From Pseudomonadota bacterium (GTDB lineage Bacteria > Desulfobacterota > DSM-4660 > Desulfatiglandales > B25-G16): 46,537 nt of DNA. Below are positions 1-9,865 of the stretch, piece after piece. Location: assembly GCA_030603345.1 (NCBI GenBank), contig JAUVXZ010000003.1:1-46537 (forward strand), in the 5' to 3' direction. The first letter of the stretch is position 1, and every line of letters starts with the position of its first letter. A program made the translations under genes and the position numbers. Under the pieces are notes generated by a model. That model made no database searches and was not told the origin of the DNA. It was given only the letters and a program-made list of their open reading frames with translations.

Positions 1-339
1 TGTAGAAGGACCTCCCCTTTGAATATTGACAATTACACAGGGGGTCTCGGTCATTACAGCAAAACCGATAGCCTCCTGCTTGAGGGAAAACCCCGGTCCG
101 CTTGTTGCTGTCATAACCTTTTTTCCAGTAAGAGAGGCCCCGACTATCGCGCACATGGAAGAGAGCTCATCTTCCATTTGGATAAACTTCCCTCGCTTTG
201 CCGGTAGCCGATACGAGAGCGATTCCGCAATTTCTGTAGAAGGAGTAATAGGGTAGCCTGCAAAAAAATCAAGACCTGCATACAGGGCTCCCTCTACACA
301 GGCTTCGTTACCTTGAACAAAGAGGATATTGTTTTTCAT
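1..339 (-). CDS. korA: 2-oxoacid:ferredoxin oxidoreductase alpha subunit, 5' part (runs off the window edge)
   Basis: Not in the ORF track; translated by hand from ATG at 339: MKNNILFVQGNEACVEGALYAGLDFFAGYPITPSTEIAE...QMEDELSS...TATSGPGFSLKQE...QRGGPST, with the YPITP and SGPG motifs. Confidence 0.93.
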   Translation of the reverse strand, partial: MKNNILFVQGNEACVEGALYAGLDFFAGYPITPSTEIAESLSYRLPAKRGKFIQMEDELSSMCAIVGASLTGKKVMTATSGPGFSLKQEAIGFAVMTETPCVIVNIQRGGPST

Positions 340-414
340 TTACCAAATGCCTTATTTGATTTAGCCACAAACACACGAAGTCACTGGGTTCAATTTTCAA
401 TTGTTTGTGACTTG

Positions 415-437
415 CCCCGCCCCGTTCCGGGTCGGGG
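415..437. repeat. GC-rich intergenic hairpin (REP-like or RNA stability element)
   Basis: CCCCG-C-CCCG-TTC-CGGG-T-CGGGG between korD and korA. Confidence 0.4.
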
Positions 438-443
438 GTGACC

Positions 444-653
444 CTATTGAAGTTCTATTGCAAGATCAGGGCAGCGAAGCTCGCACATTCCGCAGCCATT
501 ACATTTATCCGGATAGGCAAGGTTAGCCTTTTCCATTTCATCCAAAGCCAGGGCATCTTCAGGACAAAACTCCACACAGATGCCACATCCTTTACACCAT
601 TGCCTGTTGATAACAGGCATGCCTTTCTTTTTTTTGGCCATTATATTGGTCAT
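444..653 (-). CDS. korD: 2x[4Fe-4S] ferredoxin, 2-oxoacid oxidoreductase delta subunit
   Basis: CKGCGICVEFCP and CNGCGMCELRCP motifs, directly upstream of korA. Confidence 0.9.
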   Translation of the reverse strand: MTNIMAKKKKGMPVINRQWCKGCGICVEFCPEDALALDEMEKANLAYPDKCNGCGMCELRCPDLAIELQ

Positions 654-691
654 TTGTAATACTGATCTTTTATGTCAAGCGGTTTGGTGAG

Positions 692-776
692 ATATAGGGG
701 GAGGGTAGCCACTTGCGATATGGCTTTCGGTGGATTTTCTCTCGCGCGGCAAGCAGCGAAACACCTCCCCCTATGT
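692..776 (-). terminator. Branched stem-loop downstream of the ABC operon (terminator or stabiliser)
   Basis: 11-bp perfect stem (694-704 with 764-774) enclosing two small hairpins. Confidence 0.4.
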
Positions 777-832
777 TGTTGTTTCTCCAGGCCGGACTCT
801 GAGTATGGCCGGTGATCTTCAAGCTGATACGT

Positions 833-2008
833 CTACTTGAGGACGAATTCTCCACCCGCGACAACCAGGGTCATCACGCCGCCTTTCCCATCACCGACTT
901 CGTCCATGGTGGTGACGCCGGAGATCCCCGGATAGTTCGTCAGCTTTTCCCAACCCTTGCGGATCTTCTCCCGGTCCTTCTGCAGGTCTCCAGGCTTGTT
1001 GGTTACGCCCTCCTCTTCCATGATCTTCTTGATGATGTACATATTATCGTATGAACGTGGCCCACTATAGGGCGGCATCCTACCACCGGGGGAACGACTG
1101 GTGAACTCCTTGAGAAACTTCACCATTCTTGGGTCCGGGTTTCCTACGATCCATGCTGCTGTGGAACCATAATAGCCTTCCACAGCATCCCCCCCGATCT
1201 CGATAAGCCCAGGAGTGCTGTTACAGGCCCCTCCAATGGGCATGGCCTTGATTCCCTGGCGGCGGGCCTCGATCATGAGCTTTGCACCTTGTTCATAGCA
1301 GCTCCCAATGCCGATTCCATCCGGGTTGAGCGCCTTGATCTCAGTCATATAGGGTGAGAAGTCCAAGGTCTGGGTCTGGAAGGTATACATCTTTAGTAGC
1401 TTGATGCCGTATTTCTCGAAGAGGACTGGCAGGATCTTTTTTCCCTCCACCGTGGACACGGCATCTTCGGAATTGTAGAGAATCACCGCAGTTTTGATGT
1501 TGTATTTTTCCTTCCATTTCCTTACCGCAGGGTCGAGCTGCTTATCACTTGTCAGGGTATTCCTGAACCCCCAAGGACTCAGGGCGGACAGCCCCGGTTT
1601 GGACGAGCAGAAGGAGACAAGGACCAGCTTCAGCCTGTCGAGCTTTGGGAAGATGACCTCGCATATGGAACTCTGACAGGGCCCATTGACCACAAGAACC
1701 TTATCTTGACTCACGAGCTTGTTTGCAATTGGGATGGCAGGGCCGGCCTTACATGCTGCGTCGTACCAGGTGACCTCTATCGGAACCCCTCCGATTCCAC
1801 CTGCTGCATTGATCTCCTCAACGGCGATATCTCCGCCTATCTTCGCGGCCATGCCCCACTCGGCACAAACCCCGGAGATTGAATAAATGGCGCCGATCTT
1901 GACCTTTTTGCCGTATAGCTTTGCGGCCTGGGAAGGCGAGGCCAAAATCAGGCCGAGCACCAAAAAACATGCCACTAACATAATGGGTACAAAGTATCTC
2001 CTTTTCAT
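833..2008 (-). CDS. ABC transporter substrate-binding protein (LivJ/LivK-like)
   Basis: Signal peptide, KIGAI...AVEEINAAGGIGG, FRNTL motif, adjacent to LivHMGF homologues. Confidence 0.92.
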   Translation of the reverse strand: MKRRYFVPIMLVACFLVLGLILASPSQAAKLYGKKVKIGAIYSISGVCAEWGMAAKIGGDIAVEEINAAGGIGGVPIEVTWYDAACKAGPAIPIANKLVSQDKVLVVNGPCQSSICEVIFPKLDRLKLVLVSFCSSKPGLSALSPWGFRNTLTSDKQLDPAVRKWKEKYNIKTAVILYNSEDAVSTVEGKKILPVLFEKYGIKLLKMYTFQTQTLDFSPYMTEIKALNPDGIGIGSCYEQGAKLMIEARRQGIKAMPIGGACNSTPGLIEIGGDAVEGYYGSTAAWIVGNPDPRMVKFLKEFTSRSPGGRMPPYSGPRSYDNMYIIKKIMEEEGVTNKPGDLQKDREKIRKGWEKLTNYPGISGVTTMDEVGDGKGGVMTLVVAGGEFVLK

Positions 2009-2149
2009 TGTTGAATCCTCCTTTGTGGTTAAAGTGAAATCATTTAGCCTACAGACCTCTTGTTATTATCACCTCCTTTGCCTTATAGAATGAGTTGTGC
2101 GAACCATGATCTCTAAGATATCCCTTTGTCTCTGGTCAGGTCCAAAAGG

Positions 2150-2878
2150 TTATGTCTCTACGGTTCGCGCAGATTTACCCAGGTAGGCCCTTTGGACCTC
2201 TTCGTTGTTGCGCAACGCCTGACTCTCCCCCTCAAGGACAATGCGTCCGGTCTCCAGCACATATCCGCGATCTGCCACGCCTAGGGCCTGGTTGGCATTC
2301 TGTTCAACGAGGAGGATCGTATAGCCATCCTTCTCACGAAGTTCATGGATCGTCTCGAACACGAACTCCACAAAGGTTGGGGAAAGCCCCAGGGAGGGCT
2401 CATCCATGAGGAGTAACCGCGGCTTTGCCAACAGGGCGCGGCCAATGGCCAGCATCTGTTGCTCACCCCCTGAAAGGGTTCCGGCATTTTGGCCCAGCCG
2501 CTCTTTAAGCCGAGGGAATTTCTCAAAAACCCGCTCCAGATCTCGTATGATCCCATCCTTGTCGGAACGTAGGTAGGCCCCCATGTCCAGATTCTCCTTG
2601 ACGGTCATGCGAGATATGATCCCCCGACCCTCCGGTACCTGAACGATTCCTATCCTTACGATCGAGTGGGGCTTCTTTCCGTCGATCTTCTGGCCTTGAA
2701 AGAGGATGTGGCCCTTTTTTGGCCTCAGGGTCCCAGATATGGTCCTCAAGAGCGTGCTCTTTCCAGCTCCATTGGCCCCGATAAGGACCACCACCTCACC
2801 TTTCTCCACCTTGATGTCCACGCCGTGGACGGCGAGACCCTTTTCGTATCCAGAGGAGACGTTCTCTATAGACAGCAT
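2150..2878 (-). CDS. livF: ABC ATP-binding protein, LivF-like
   Basis: GANGAGKST, LSGGEQQMLAIGRAL, LLMDEPSLGL, VEQN. Confidence 0.93.
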   Translation of the reverse strand: MLSIENVSSGYEKGLAVHGVDIKVEKGEVVVLIGANGAGKSTLLRTISGTLRPKKGHILFQGQKIDGKKPHSIVRIGIVQVPEGRGIISRMTVKENLDMGAYLRSDKDGIIRDLERVFEKFPRLKERLGQNAGTLSGGEQQMLAIGRALLAKPRLLLMDEPSLGLSPTFVEFVFETIHELREKDGYTILLVEQNANQALGVADRGYVLETGRIVLEGESQALRNNEEVQRAYLGKSARTVET

Positions 2879-2883
2879 CTTGG

Positions 2884-3642
2884 TTACCTCTTCCCCAGGT
2901 AGGCCTCGATTACCGCAGGGTTTTCCTGGATCTCAGCAGGAGTCCCTTCGGCGATCTTGCCCCCAAAGTTCAGAACCGAAATGACATCAGACATTCCCAT
3001 CACCAATTCCATATTATGCTCGACTAAAAAGACTGTTTTGCCCATCTGGTTGATCTTTAAGATAAGTAAATTGAGTTCCTCGGTCTCATGGGGATTCATG
3101 CCTGACGCAGGTTCGTCGAGAAGGAGCAAATCAGGCTCCAGGGCAAGGGCTCTGGCGATCTCAACCAGTCTTTGGTCTGCATGAGGGAGGTTGGAGGCGA
3201 TATCATCTGCCTGGTGGGGGAGACCAACGAACTCCAGCCACTTCAAAGCGTTTTCGCGGGTGACCTTCTCTTCCTCCGGCTCCCCAATCGAAAACCTGAA
3301 GAAGGTCTTCAAAAGGCCCGCCTTGGTCTTGCAGTGGCTCCCCAGCATCACGTTCTCCAAAACAGTCATGAAACCAAAGAGACGGACAATCTGAAAGGTT
3401 CTGCCAATTCCAAGCTTGGTTCGCAGATAGGGTTTTACGCCGTCAATACGGGTTCCCTTGAAGCGAATCTCTCCTCGAGTCACATGGTACATCCCGCTGA
3501 TCAGGTTGAACAGGGTGGTCTTCCCTGCTCCATTCGGACCGATGAGGGCATGTATTTTCTTCTCCTGCACATCCATTCCAACATTGGAGAGGGCGCAGAA
3601 TCCATTGAAGTGTTTCACTACGTCCCTGATCTCAAGGATCAT
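2884..3642 (-). CDS. livG: ABC ATP-binding protein, LivG-like
   Basis: GPNGAGKTT, LLLDEPASG, C-terminal VIEAYLG. Confidence 0.93.
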   Translation of the reverse strand: MILEIRDVVKHFNGFCALSNVGMDVQEKKIHALIGPNGAGKTTLFNLISGMYHVTRGEIRFKGTRIDGVKPYLRTKLGIGRTFQIVRLFGFMTVLENVMLGSHCKTKAGLLKTFFRFSIGEPEEEKVTRENALKWLEFVGLPHQADDIASNLPHADQRLVEIARALALEPDLLLLDEPASGMNPHETEELNLLILKINQMGKTVFLVEHNMELVMGMSDVISVLNFGGKIAEGTPAEIQENPAVIEAYLGKR

Positions 3643-3698
3643 CTTGCCTCCAGATCAAAACCATCTATCATCACTTGATTCACATGGCCTGAGGACTC

Positions 3699-4556
3699 TC
3701 AGGCCCACTCCTTGCCAAGGGCATTTCGGAAAAGTCTGTCTAATGCCCGTACTGTATCTAACCCTATGACGCCCTGGGGTCTGATGATCATCATGACGAT
3801 CAGAAGGGCTCCATACAACTCCATTCGCCACTCCTGGATAGCTCGAAGGAATTCCGGTATAAAGGTAAGGGCTAGCGCCCCGAATATTGGTCCCCAGAAT
3901 ATCTGAATCCCTCCAAAGATCGTGAATATGAGAAACTCAATGGCATGCATGATATCAAACATGAGAGGTTCGACATATTCCTGATAATGGGCGAAGATAC
4001 CCCCCCCAATGCCAGCCATAAAAGCCCCGACGGAGAAGGCGAGAAGCTTAGCAGAGACAATGTTCACCCCGATGATCTCGGCAGCGTCCTCGTCGCTTCC
4101 GACAGCCTGGAAGGCCCTTCCCATCCGAGACCTGCGTAACCGACTGAAAAAGATGATCAATATGAGCACCATCCCGTAAGCATAGAGCAAAGTGTATTTT
4201 TGATACGGGATACCTGGGAATCCTTCAGCCGCTCCGGTATATTTCAGGTTGATGGCGACCACCCTGACAATCTCACCGAACCCCAGGGTCAAAAGCAGCA
4301 AATAGATCCCTTTGATCCGAAGGGCCGGCAAACCCAGAATGAGGCCCACGATCCCGGCAAATATCCCCCCTAGTAAGACAGCGGGAACATAGGGGATCCC
4401 CCATTTCACTGTGCAAATCGCCGACACATACGCCCCAATGGCCATGAACCCGGCTTGACCCAGGGATATCTGGCCGGTCATGAAAGGCATATAGAAGCTC
4501 AGGGCCATAATGATGTAGATACCCGCAATAGTCGCTACTGAAATCAGGTAATCCAA
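3699..4556 (-). CDS. livM: ABC permease, LivM-like
   Basis: GQISLGQAGFMAIGAY, LRIKGIYL, hydrophobic. Confidence 0.92.
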   Translation of the reverse strand: MDYLISVATIAGIYIIMALSFYMPFMTGQISLGQAGFMAIGAYVSAICTVKWGIPYVPAVLLGGIFAGIVGLILGLPALRIKGIYLLLLTLGFGEIVRVVAINLKYTGAAEGFPGIPYQKYTLLYAYGMVLILIIFFSRLRRSRMGRAFQAVGSDEDAAEIIGVNIVSAKLLAFSVGAFMAGIGGGIFAHYQEYVEPLMFDIMHAIEFLIFTIFGGIQIFWGPIFGALALTFIPEFLRAIQEWRMELYGALLIVMMIIRPQGVIGLDTVRALDRLFRNALGKEWA

Positions 4557-4566
4557 GACATTCCCC

Positions 4567-5442
4567 CTAACCCTGGGTTACACGCGTTCCAAAAAGCCCA
4601 GTAGGTTTGAATATGAGGATAATAATCATAATCCCGAAGGAAAAGATATCCTGTAAATTGATCTCTGTAGGAAGAAGGACAATGCTGAACACCTCTGCCA
4701 TCCCCAGGATCAATCCCCCAATCATTGCTCCCACCACATTTCCCAGCCCGCCAATGAGCATCACCACAAGTCCTTTCAGCGCAAAGGTAAGCCCGATGAA
4801 AGGGGTAATGGCATGGAAGACAATGCCGATCATCACGCCGGCAGTGCCTGCCAAAGCCGAGGCAATCCCAAAGGTGAGCAGGACAATCCAATCCACATTT
4901 ACCCCGAGCAAGCCTGCGGTAGTGTGGCTTTCAGCAACGGTCCTCATGGCCTTACCGACCTTTGTCTTTGTGATAAAGAAATAGAGGACTACCATCAGGA
5001 ACAGGGAGACTCCCAGTATCAGGATATTTGTAGAGCTGATCAAAAGGGGGCCCACCTTGTAATTGACGGTCTCTATGGCCTCGGGAAAGCGCGTTCCGTA
5101 TCCTCCGAAGAGCTTGACAGCCAGGTTTTGGAGGATGATCGTGACCCCAATGGTACTCAAAAGCGGTGCCAGGTGAAAATCCTTCTTGAGGGGCCTGATA
5201 GCCAGGACATCGATGATAATTCCGAGCACACCGGTTGCCACCATGGCCAGGGGAAGGGCAATGTAAAGGGGTAGACCACTCCACATGATGATATAGAGCC
5301 CCATAAAGGCACCGGCCATCAGAACCTCTCCGTGGGCAAAATGTAGAAGCCCGAGCACCCCGAATATCAAGGTGTAGCCGATTGCCACAAGGGAATACGT
5401 GGCCCCCAGCATAAGGCCATTGATCAACTGTTGAAGGATCAT
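4567..5442 (-). CDS. livH: ABC permease, LivH-like
   Basis: QQLINGLMLGATYSLVAIGYTLIFG, HFAHGE, KPTGLFG. Confidence 0.92.
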   Translation of the reverse strand: MILQQLINGLMLGATYSLVAIGYTLIFGVLGLLHFAHGEVLMAGAFMGLYIIMWSGLPLYIALPLAMVATGVLGIIIDVLAIRPLKKDFHLAPLLSTIGVTIILQNLAVKLFGGYGTRFPEAIETVNYKVGPLLISSTNILILGVSLFLMVVLYFFITKTKVGKAMRTVAESHTTAGLLGVNVDWIVLLTFGIASALAGTAGVMIGIVFHAITPFIGLTFALKGLVVMLIGGLGNVVGAMIGGLILGMAEVFSIVLLPTEINLQDIFSFGIMIIILIFKPTGLFGTRVTQG

Positions 5443-5918
5443 TTTCCTCTCATTTTTGGTGCTGCGGCGATTACGGCATCGATTATCTGCTTATATCCCG
5501 TACAACGACACAATACCCCTGCAATGGCCAGCCTGACCTCTTCCTCGGTAGGATCTGGATTGTCTCTTAACAATTCATAAGCAACCATCAGCATGCCAGG
5601 GGTACAGAATCCGCACTGAAGGGCATGATGCTCCCGAAAAGCCTCCTGCAGGGGATGTAACTTCCCATCCCCTGCAAGACCCTCCACGGTCATGATTTCA
5701 GCTCCATCGGCCTGAACAGCGAACATCAGACATGAGCGGATCGATCTCCCGTTAAATAAGACCGTACAGGCACCACAGAACCCGTGTTCGCATCCAACAT
5801 GGGTTCCGATGAGTTCCAGATCGTCCCTTAAAAAATCCACAAGGAGCCTCTTTGGGTCTACCTCCCTCTCGTATTCCACCCCATTTACCTTCACCGTAAT
5901 GCGACGACGTCCTGCCAT
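5439..5918 (-). CDS. Molybdenum hydroxylase 2Fe-2S subunit (CoxS/HmfC-like)
   Basis: GCEHGFCGACTV, QCGFCTPG, CRCTGY; start placed at MAGRR after a GGAGG Shine-Dalgarno. Confidence 0.93.
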   Translation of the reverse strand: MAGRRRITVKVNGVEYEREVDPKRLLVDFLRDDLELIGTHVGCEHGFCGACTVLFNGRSIRSCLMFAVQADGAEIMTVEGLAGDGKLHPLQEAFREHHALQCGFCTPGMLMVAYELLRDNPDPTEEEVRLAIAGVLCRCTGYKQIIDAVIAAAPKMRGK

Positions 5919-5922
5919 ATGA

Positions 5923-6795
5923 TTAACCTCCCTTTGCCCTGTTCCGTGCCTCTGCGAGTCCTCTTTGGACAAAAACCCTTGTCATATCCCTCCGGTATTC
6001 GGCAGAGGCATGGTAATCCGATTCGGGATCCGCAGCCTCTGCGGCCTTTTGTCCTGCTTTCTCAATCAATGCATCGGTGATCACCTGACCAGCCAGGATC
6101 TCTTCTGCCTCTTCTGCCCGGATAGAGGTGGGACCAACTCCTCCCAAGCAGATGCGTGCCTCTTTGCAGACACCCCCTTTCCCCATAAAGAGGATGGATG
6201 CCACTGCCACAATGTAGAAGTCACCGCGACGGCGGGTCAATTCCACAAAGGACCAGCCTGTTTTCTGAGGAAGGACTGGAATTCTCACCTCCACCAAGAT
6301 CTCCGAAGGTTCCAAGGAGGTTGTCAAGTAGCTCAAGAAAAACTCTTCAGGCTCCAAGGTTCTCTCACCAGAAGGCCCGACGACCTTCATCTTTGCATCC
6401 AAACCATAGATGGCGACAGGGATCTCTGCAGCAGGGTCGGCGTGAACCAGGCTTCCCCCAATAGTCCCCCGGGTCCGAATGGATGCGTGCCCAATAAGAG
6501 AGATCGCTTCCGCCAATATGGGACACTTTTCTTGCACCAATGGGGACAACTCCACGTCTCTCTCTCGAGTCAGGGCACCGATAACGATTTCATCATCTTC
6601 TTGTCTAATGTAGTCGAGTTCCTTGATCCCATTAATATCGATCAGCACCTCCGGCTGGGCAACCCTGAAGTTCATCATGGGCACGAGGCTCTGACCGCCC
6701 GCAATGATCTTGGCTTCATCTTCGTACCGCTCCAACAGGCTAATTGCCTCTGCCACAGTGCTGGCGGTAAAATATTCAAAGGCACTTGGTTTCAT
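5923..6795 (-). CDS. Molybdenum hydroxylase FAD subunit (CoxM/HmfB-like)
   Basis: IAGGQSLVPMMNFR, RGTIGGSLVHADPAAE, ASAEYRR; no 4Fe-4S insertion. Confidence 0.93.
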   Translation of the reverse strand: MKPSAFEYFTASTVAEAISLLERYEDEAKIIAGGQSLVPMMNFRVAQPEVLIDINGIKELDYIRQEDDEIVIGALTRERDVELSPLVQEKCPILAEAISLIGHASIRTRGTIGGSLVHADPAAEIPVAIYGLDAKMKVVGPSGERTLEPEEFFLSYLTTSLEPSEILVEVRIPVLPQKTGWSFVELTRRRGDFYIVAVASILFMGKGGVCKEARICLGGVGPTSIRAEEAEEILAGQVITDALIEKAGQKAAEAADPESDYHASAEYRRDMTRVFVQRGLAEARNRAKGG

Positions 6796-6810
6796 ATCCT
6801 CTCTCCTATC

Positions 6811-7254
6811 TCACTGTTGGGATTTCAGCTCCTTTGCCATTTTCTTGAAGAACTGACCCGCCATCATCTTGGCTATCCCTCCGATCATCCTCTGGCCGAT
6901 CCCTGCTATCAGTCCTCCTACCTGCATGTCACCCTGATAGGATACAATGGTATGCTGGCCCTCCTGGGAAAACTCAATGGTGGCCTCTCCTTTTACAAAG
7001 CCAGGGTTTCCGCTCCCCTCGCCAAGCAGACGGTACCGGTTGGGGGGCTCAGGATCAACCACCTCTACCTTTCCCGTGTATGTCCCCTTGATGGCGGCAA
7101 TCCCTATCTTCAGCAAGACGTCATATTTTCCCGGCTCTCGTTCCTCCATTTTCTCACATCCCGGGATGGCCTTCTCAAGATTCTTTTGATCCATGAAGAG
7201 ATCCCATATCTGCTCTTGAGATGCCAGAAATTTATATTTTCCTTCAATCTTCAT
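6811..7254 (-). CDS. CoxG/SRPBCC family protein
   Basis: AIPGCE, VGGLIAGIGQRMI, position within the cox-like operon. Confidence 0.9.
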   Translation of the reverse strand: MKIEGKYKFLASQEQIWDLFMDQKNLEKAIPGCEKMEEREPGKYDVLLKIGIAAIKGTYTGKVEVVDPEPPNRYRLLGEGSGNPGFVKGEATIEFSQEGQHTIVSYQGDMQVGGLIAGIGQRMIGGIAKMMAGQFFKKMAKELKSQQ

Positions 7255-7277
7255 GATAATCTCCTTTGGCTGCTAAA

Positions 7278-9719
7278 TTATCTCTTCTTCTTTGCCTTCT
7301 GGATCAGGTGCCAGATCTTATTCGGGCTTAGAGGAAGCTCGCTTATGGTCACCCCTAAGGGAGCCAGGGCATCCGCAATGGCATTCCCAATGCAGGCTGG
7401 TACGGACATGCACGAGCTTTCCCCCGCTCCCTTTGAGCCAAGGGCCGTGATGGGCGAAGGGATTTCCACATGCCCGATATCGATCTTCGGGACCTCCATT
7501 GCCGTTGGAACCAGGTAATCCTGAAAGGATGCGGTTATGCACTGACCATTTTCGTCATAGGCCCACTCCTCGTAAAGGCTCCCCCCAAGACCGTGAGCAC
7601 AGCTTCCCATAACCTGGCCTTCGAGGAGCGCGGGGTTTAGGATGGTCCCCGCATCGTGCACGCTGGCCCATTTGAGAATCTTGACTTCCCCTGTTTCGGG
7701 ATCCACTTCCACCACGATCGCCTCCGCCATAAATCCATAGGTGTTGGAAGAATTCACACGGTCTAATTCATCCGGTGGCTGGGAGGTGGGCATGGTATAA
7801 AGGCAAGTCTCATAGAGACCGGCATCCATCCCTTCGGGTAGTGCAGCCTGATTCCAATGGGCGGTACCTGCTACGTGTCTCATTTGCATGGACTTGTCCG
7901 GAGAGCCCTTTACGCAGATCTTTCCCTCCTGTATCTCCAGCTCCTTCACGTTGGCCTCCAGCAGGTGGGCGGCGATCTTTAGCATCTTTTCCGTTAATCT
8001 GCGGGCAGCAGTAACGACTGCAGTAGTTACTACCGAGGAAAAGCGGCTGGAGTAACTGCCGGTTGTGATGCTATAGACCCGATCATGGGTGTCAACCACG
8101 TTGCTGACTGTTACATCGTCTGGATGGACCCCGAGCTCATCAGCCACTATCTGGGATATAACGGTATCGTGTCCCTGTCCCTGAGGGTTGGTACACGCTA
8201 TCACATGGACCTTGCCCAAGGGATCCATCTTGATAATGACGGCCTCACCTGACCCTGACTTGGGGTGGCCTTTGGCCCTCTCCTCCGGGGTCAAAGCCAG
8301 GGTGACGTATGCGATATTGGTGACCGAGGGATCTACAACAGTAGAAAAGCCGATGCCCATGAGCCTCCCTTGCTCTCTGGCCTTCCGCTGCTCTTCCCTC
8401 ATCTTTTTATAGTCGATCTTGTCAAGGGCCATCTGGAAGACCTTCTGGTAATCCCCTGCGTCATAGATCCCTCCCGTTGCCGTAGTATAAGGGAATTGGT
8501 CTGGCTGGATGAAGTTCTTGAATCGGATCTCAGCCGTGTCCATTCCCAGTTCAGAGGCGACCAAGTCAATCATCCGCTCCAGGCTGAAATAGAGTTCCTG
8601 ACAGGTATAACCGCGGTTAGGCGCTGTGAGGCACTTGTTGGTGCCGACGACCAAGACCTCCCTATCCAGGTTCCTGATTTGATAACCCCCTGTGTGGTTT
8701 CCTGTGCTCCGGTAAGCACAGCCCGGCTCTGGTGCACGGATATATCCACCGGTGTTGTCAATGGCCTTATCCTTCAGACCCAGGATCGTTCCATCCTTTT
8801 TGACCGCTGCCTCCATATAGGTGACGCGATCGGTGCCCGTTGCGCTGGCCAGGAGGTGTTCCCTCCGGTCCTCGATCCACTTAACGGTCATGCCCGTTTT
8901 TTTGGCAGCAAGGGCGATCAAGGCGATGGAAGGATACAGCCCTGTCTTCGTACCAAAGCCTCCCCCGATGTCCGTTGGGACAATCCAGCGCATCTTGTTC
9001 TCGGGAATCCCCAAGGCAATGGCTACCAGGGAATGATTTACAAAAGGCCCTTGATAGTTGTTGTAGATCACGAACTCCTCTGAGAAAGGATTGTAGGAAG
9101 CGATGACCCCATAAGTCTCGATGGGTGTGGATCCGTATTTAGGAAAGTGAAACTTGCCCTTCACCACCAAATCCGCCTCCTTATAAGCTTTGTCCATATC
9201 ACCGTACTGAAAGAACCGGTGACTGTAAATGTTGCTGCCGATATTGTCGTGAAGGACGGGGGCCTCAGGGCTCATGGCCTCTTCGATATCCATAACCACT
9301 GGCAAGGGTTCATAGTCTACCGTGATCAAGTCCAGGGCATCCTCCGCGACATACCGGTCATCTGCGACCACAACGGCTACCGGTTCGCCCACAAAGCGAA
9401 CCTTATCAATCGCACAGCAGTAATATTTTGGTGGCACCGGGACCCCGACCGGAAAGGGGTTGGACATCTTGGCTACGTCCTCACCGGTGAGGATTCCCCT
9501 CACTCCGGGAAAATTCAATGCCTCCGAGACATTTATACCCTTGATCCAGGCATGGGGATAGGGGCTTCGGAGTGTGGCTGCATGCTTCATATCTGGCAGC
9601 CGAATGTCATCCATAAAGGTTCCCCTACCCGTCAGAAGCCGCAGGTCTTCCTTTCTTTTTAAAGGCTTACCGACCCAGTTCCTTTTCTTGTGTTCAAATG
9701 TCTTTAGGTGTTCTGGCAT
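7278..9719 (-). CDS. Xanthine dehydrogenase-family molybdopterin large subunit (not CODH; possibly 2-furoyl-CoA dehydrogenase HmfA-like)
   Basis: RSPYPHA, GGGFGTK, WIEDRREH, PQGQGH, SKGAGES; active-site loop APNRGY. Start at MPEHL after GAAGGAG. Confidence 0.9.
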   Translation of the reverse strand: MPEHLKTFEHKKRNWVGKPLKRKEDLRLLTGRGTFMDDIRLPDMKHAATLRSPYPHAWIKGINVSEALNFPGVRGILTGEDVAKMSNPFPVGVPVPPKYYCCAIDKVRFVGEPVAVVVADDRYVAEDALDLITVDYEPLPVVMDIEEAMSPEAPVLHDNIGSNIYSHRFFQYGDMDKAYKEADLVVKGKFHFPKYGSTPIETYGVIASYNPFSEEFVIYNNYQGPFVNHSLVAIALGIPENKMRWIVPTDIGGGFGTKTGLYPSIALIALAAKKTGMTVKWIEDRREHLLASATGTDRVTYMEAAVKKDGTILGLKDKAIDNTGGYIRAPEPGCAYRSTGNHTGGYQIRNLDREVLVVGTNKCLTAPNRGYTCQELYFSLERMIDLVASELGMDTAEIRFKNFIQPDQFPYTTATGGIYDAGDYQKVFQMALDKIDYKKMREEQRKAREQGRLMGIGFSTVVDPSVTNIAYVTLALTPEERAKGHPKSGSGEAVIIKMDPLGKVHVIACTNPQGQGHDTVISQIVADELGVHPDDVTVSNVVDTHDRVYSITTGSYSSRFSSVVTTAVVTAARRLTEKMLKIAAHLLEANVKELEIQEGKICVKGSPDKSMQMRHVAGTAHWNQAALPEGMDAGLYETCLYTMPTSQPPDELDRVNSSNTYGFMAEAIVVEVDPETGEVKILKWASVHDAGTILNPALLEGQVMGSCAHGLGGSLYEEWAYDENGQCITASFQDYLVPTAMEVPKIDIGHVEIPSPITALGSKGAGESSCMSVPACIGNAIADALAPLGVTISELPLSPNKIWHLIQKAKKKR

Positions 9720-9836
9720 GAGCTCTCTCCTTCGGTAATGTGCAGATCGTCTATCCCTTACGCCAAAAATCATTCTCATAGCGGAAGGGGGCACACAATA
9801 GCTAGAGATTCCGTTAACCTTATTGTATATTTCAAT

Positions 9837-9859
9837 GGGCCACTAATTCAATTGGCCCC
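9837..9859. terminator. Short hairpin between DUF2848 and the Mo large subunit gene
   Basis: GGGCCA-N11-TGGCCC inverted repeat. Confidence 0.3.
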
Positions 9860-9865
9860 CAATTC

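Noticed and set aside
5965-7518. 517-aa plus-strand ORF
   Set aside because: Antisense shadow of the coxM, coxG and coxL-like genes, with no recognisable motifs.
7278-9719. Aerobic CO dehydrogenase or 4-hydroxybenzoyl-CoA reductase call
   Set aside because: Lacks the AYxCSFR loop of CODH, and the FAD subunit lacks the 4Fe-4S insertion of HcrB.
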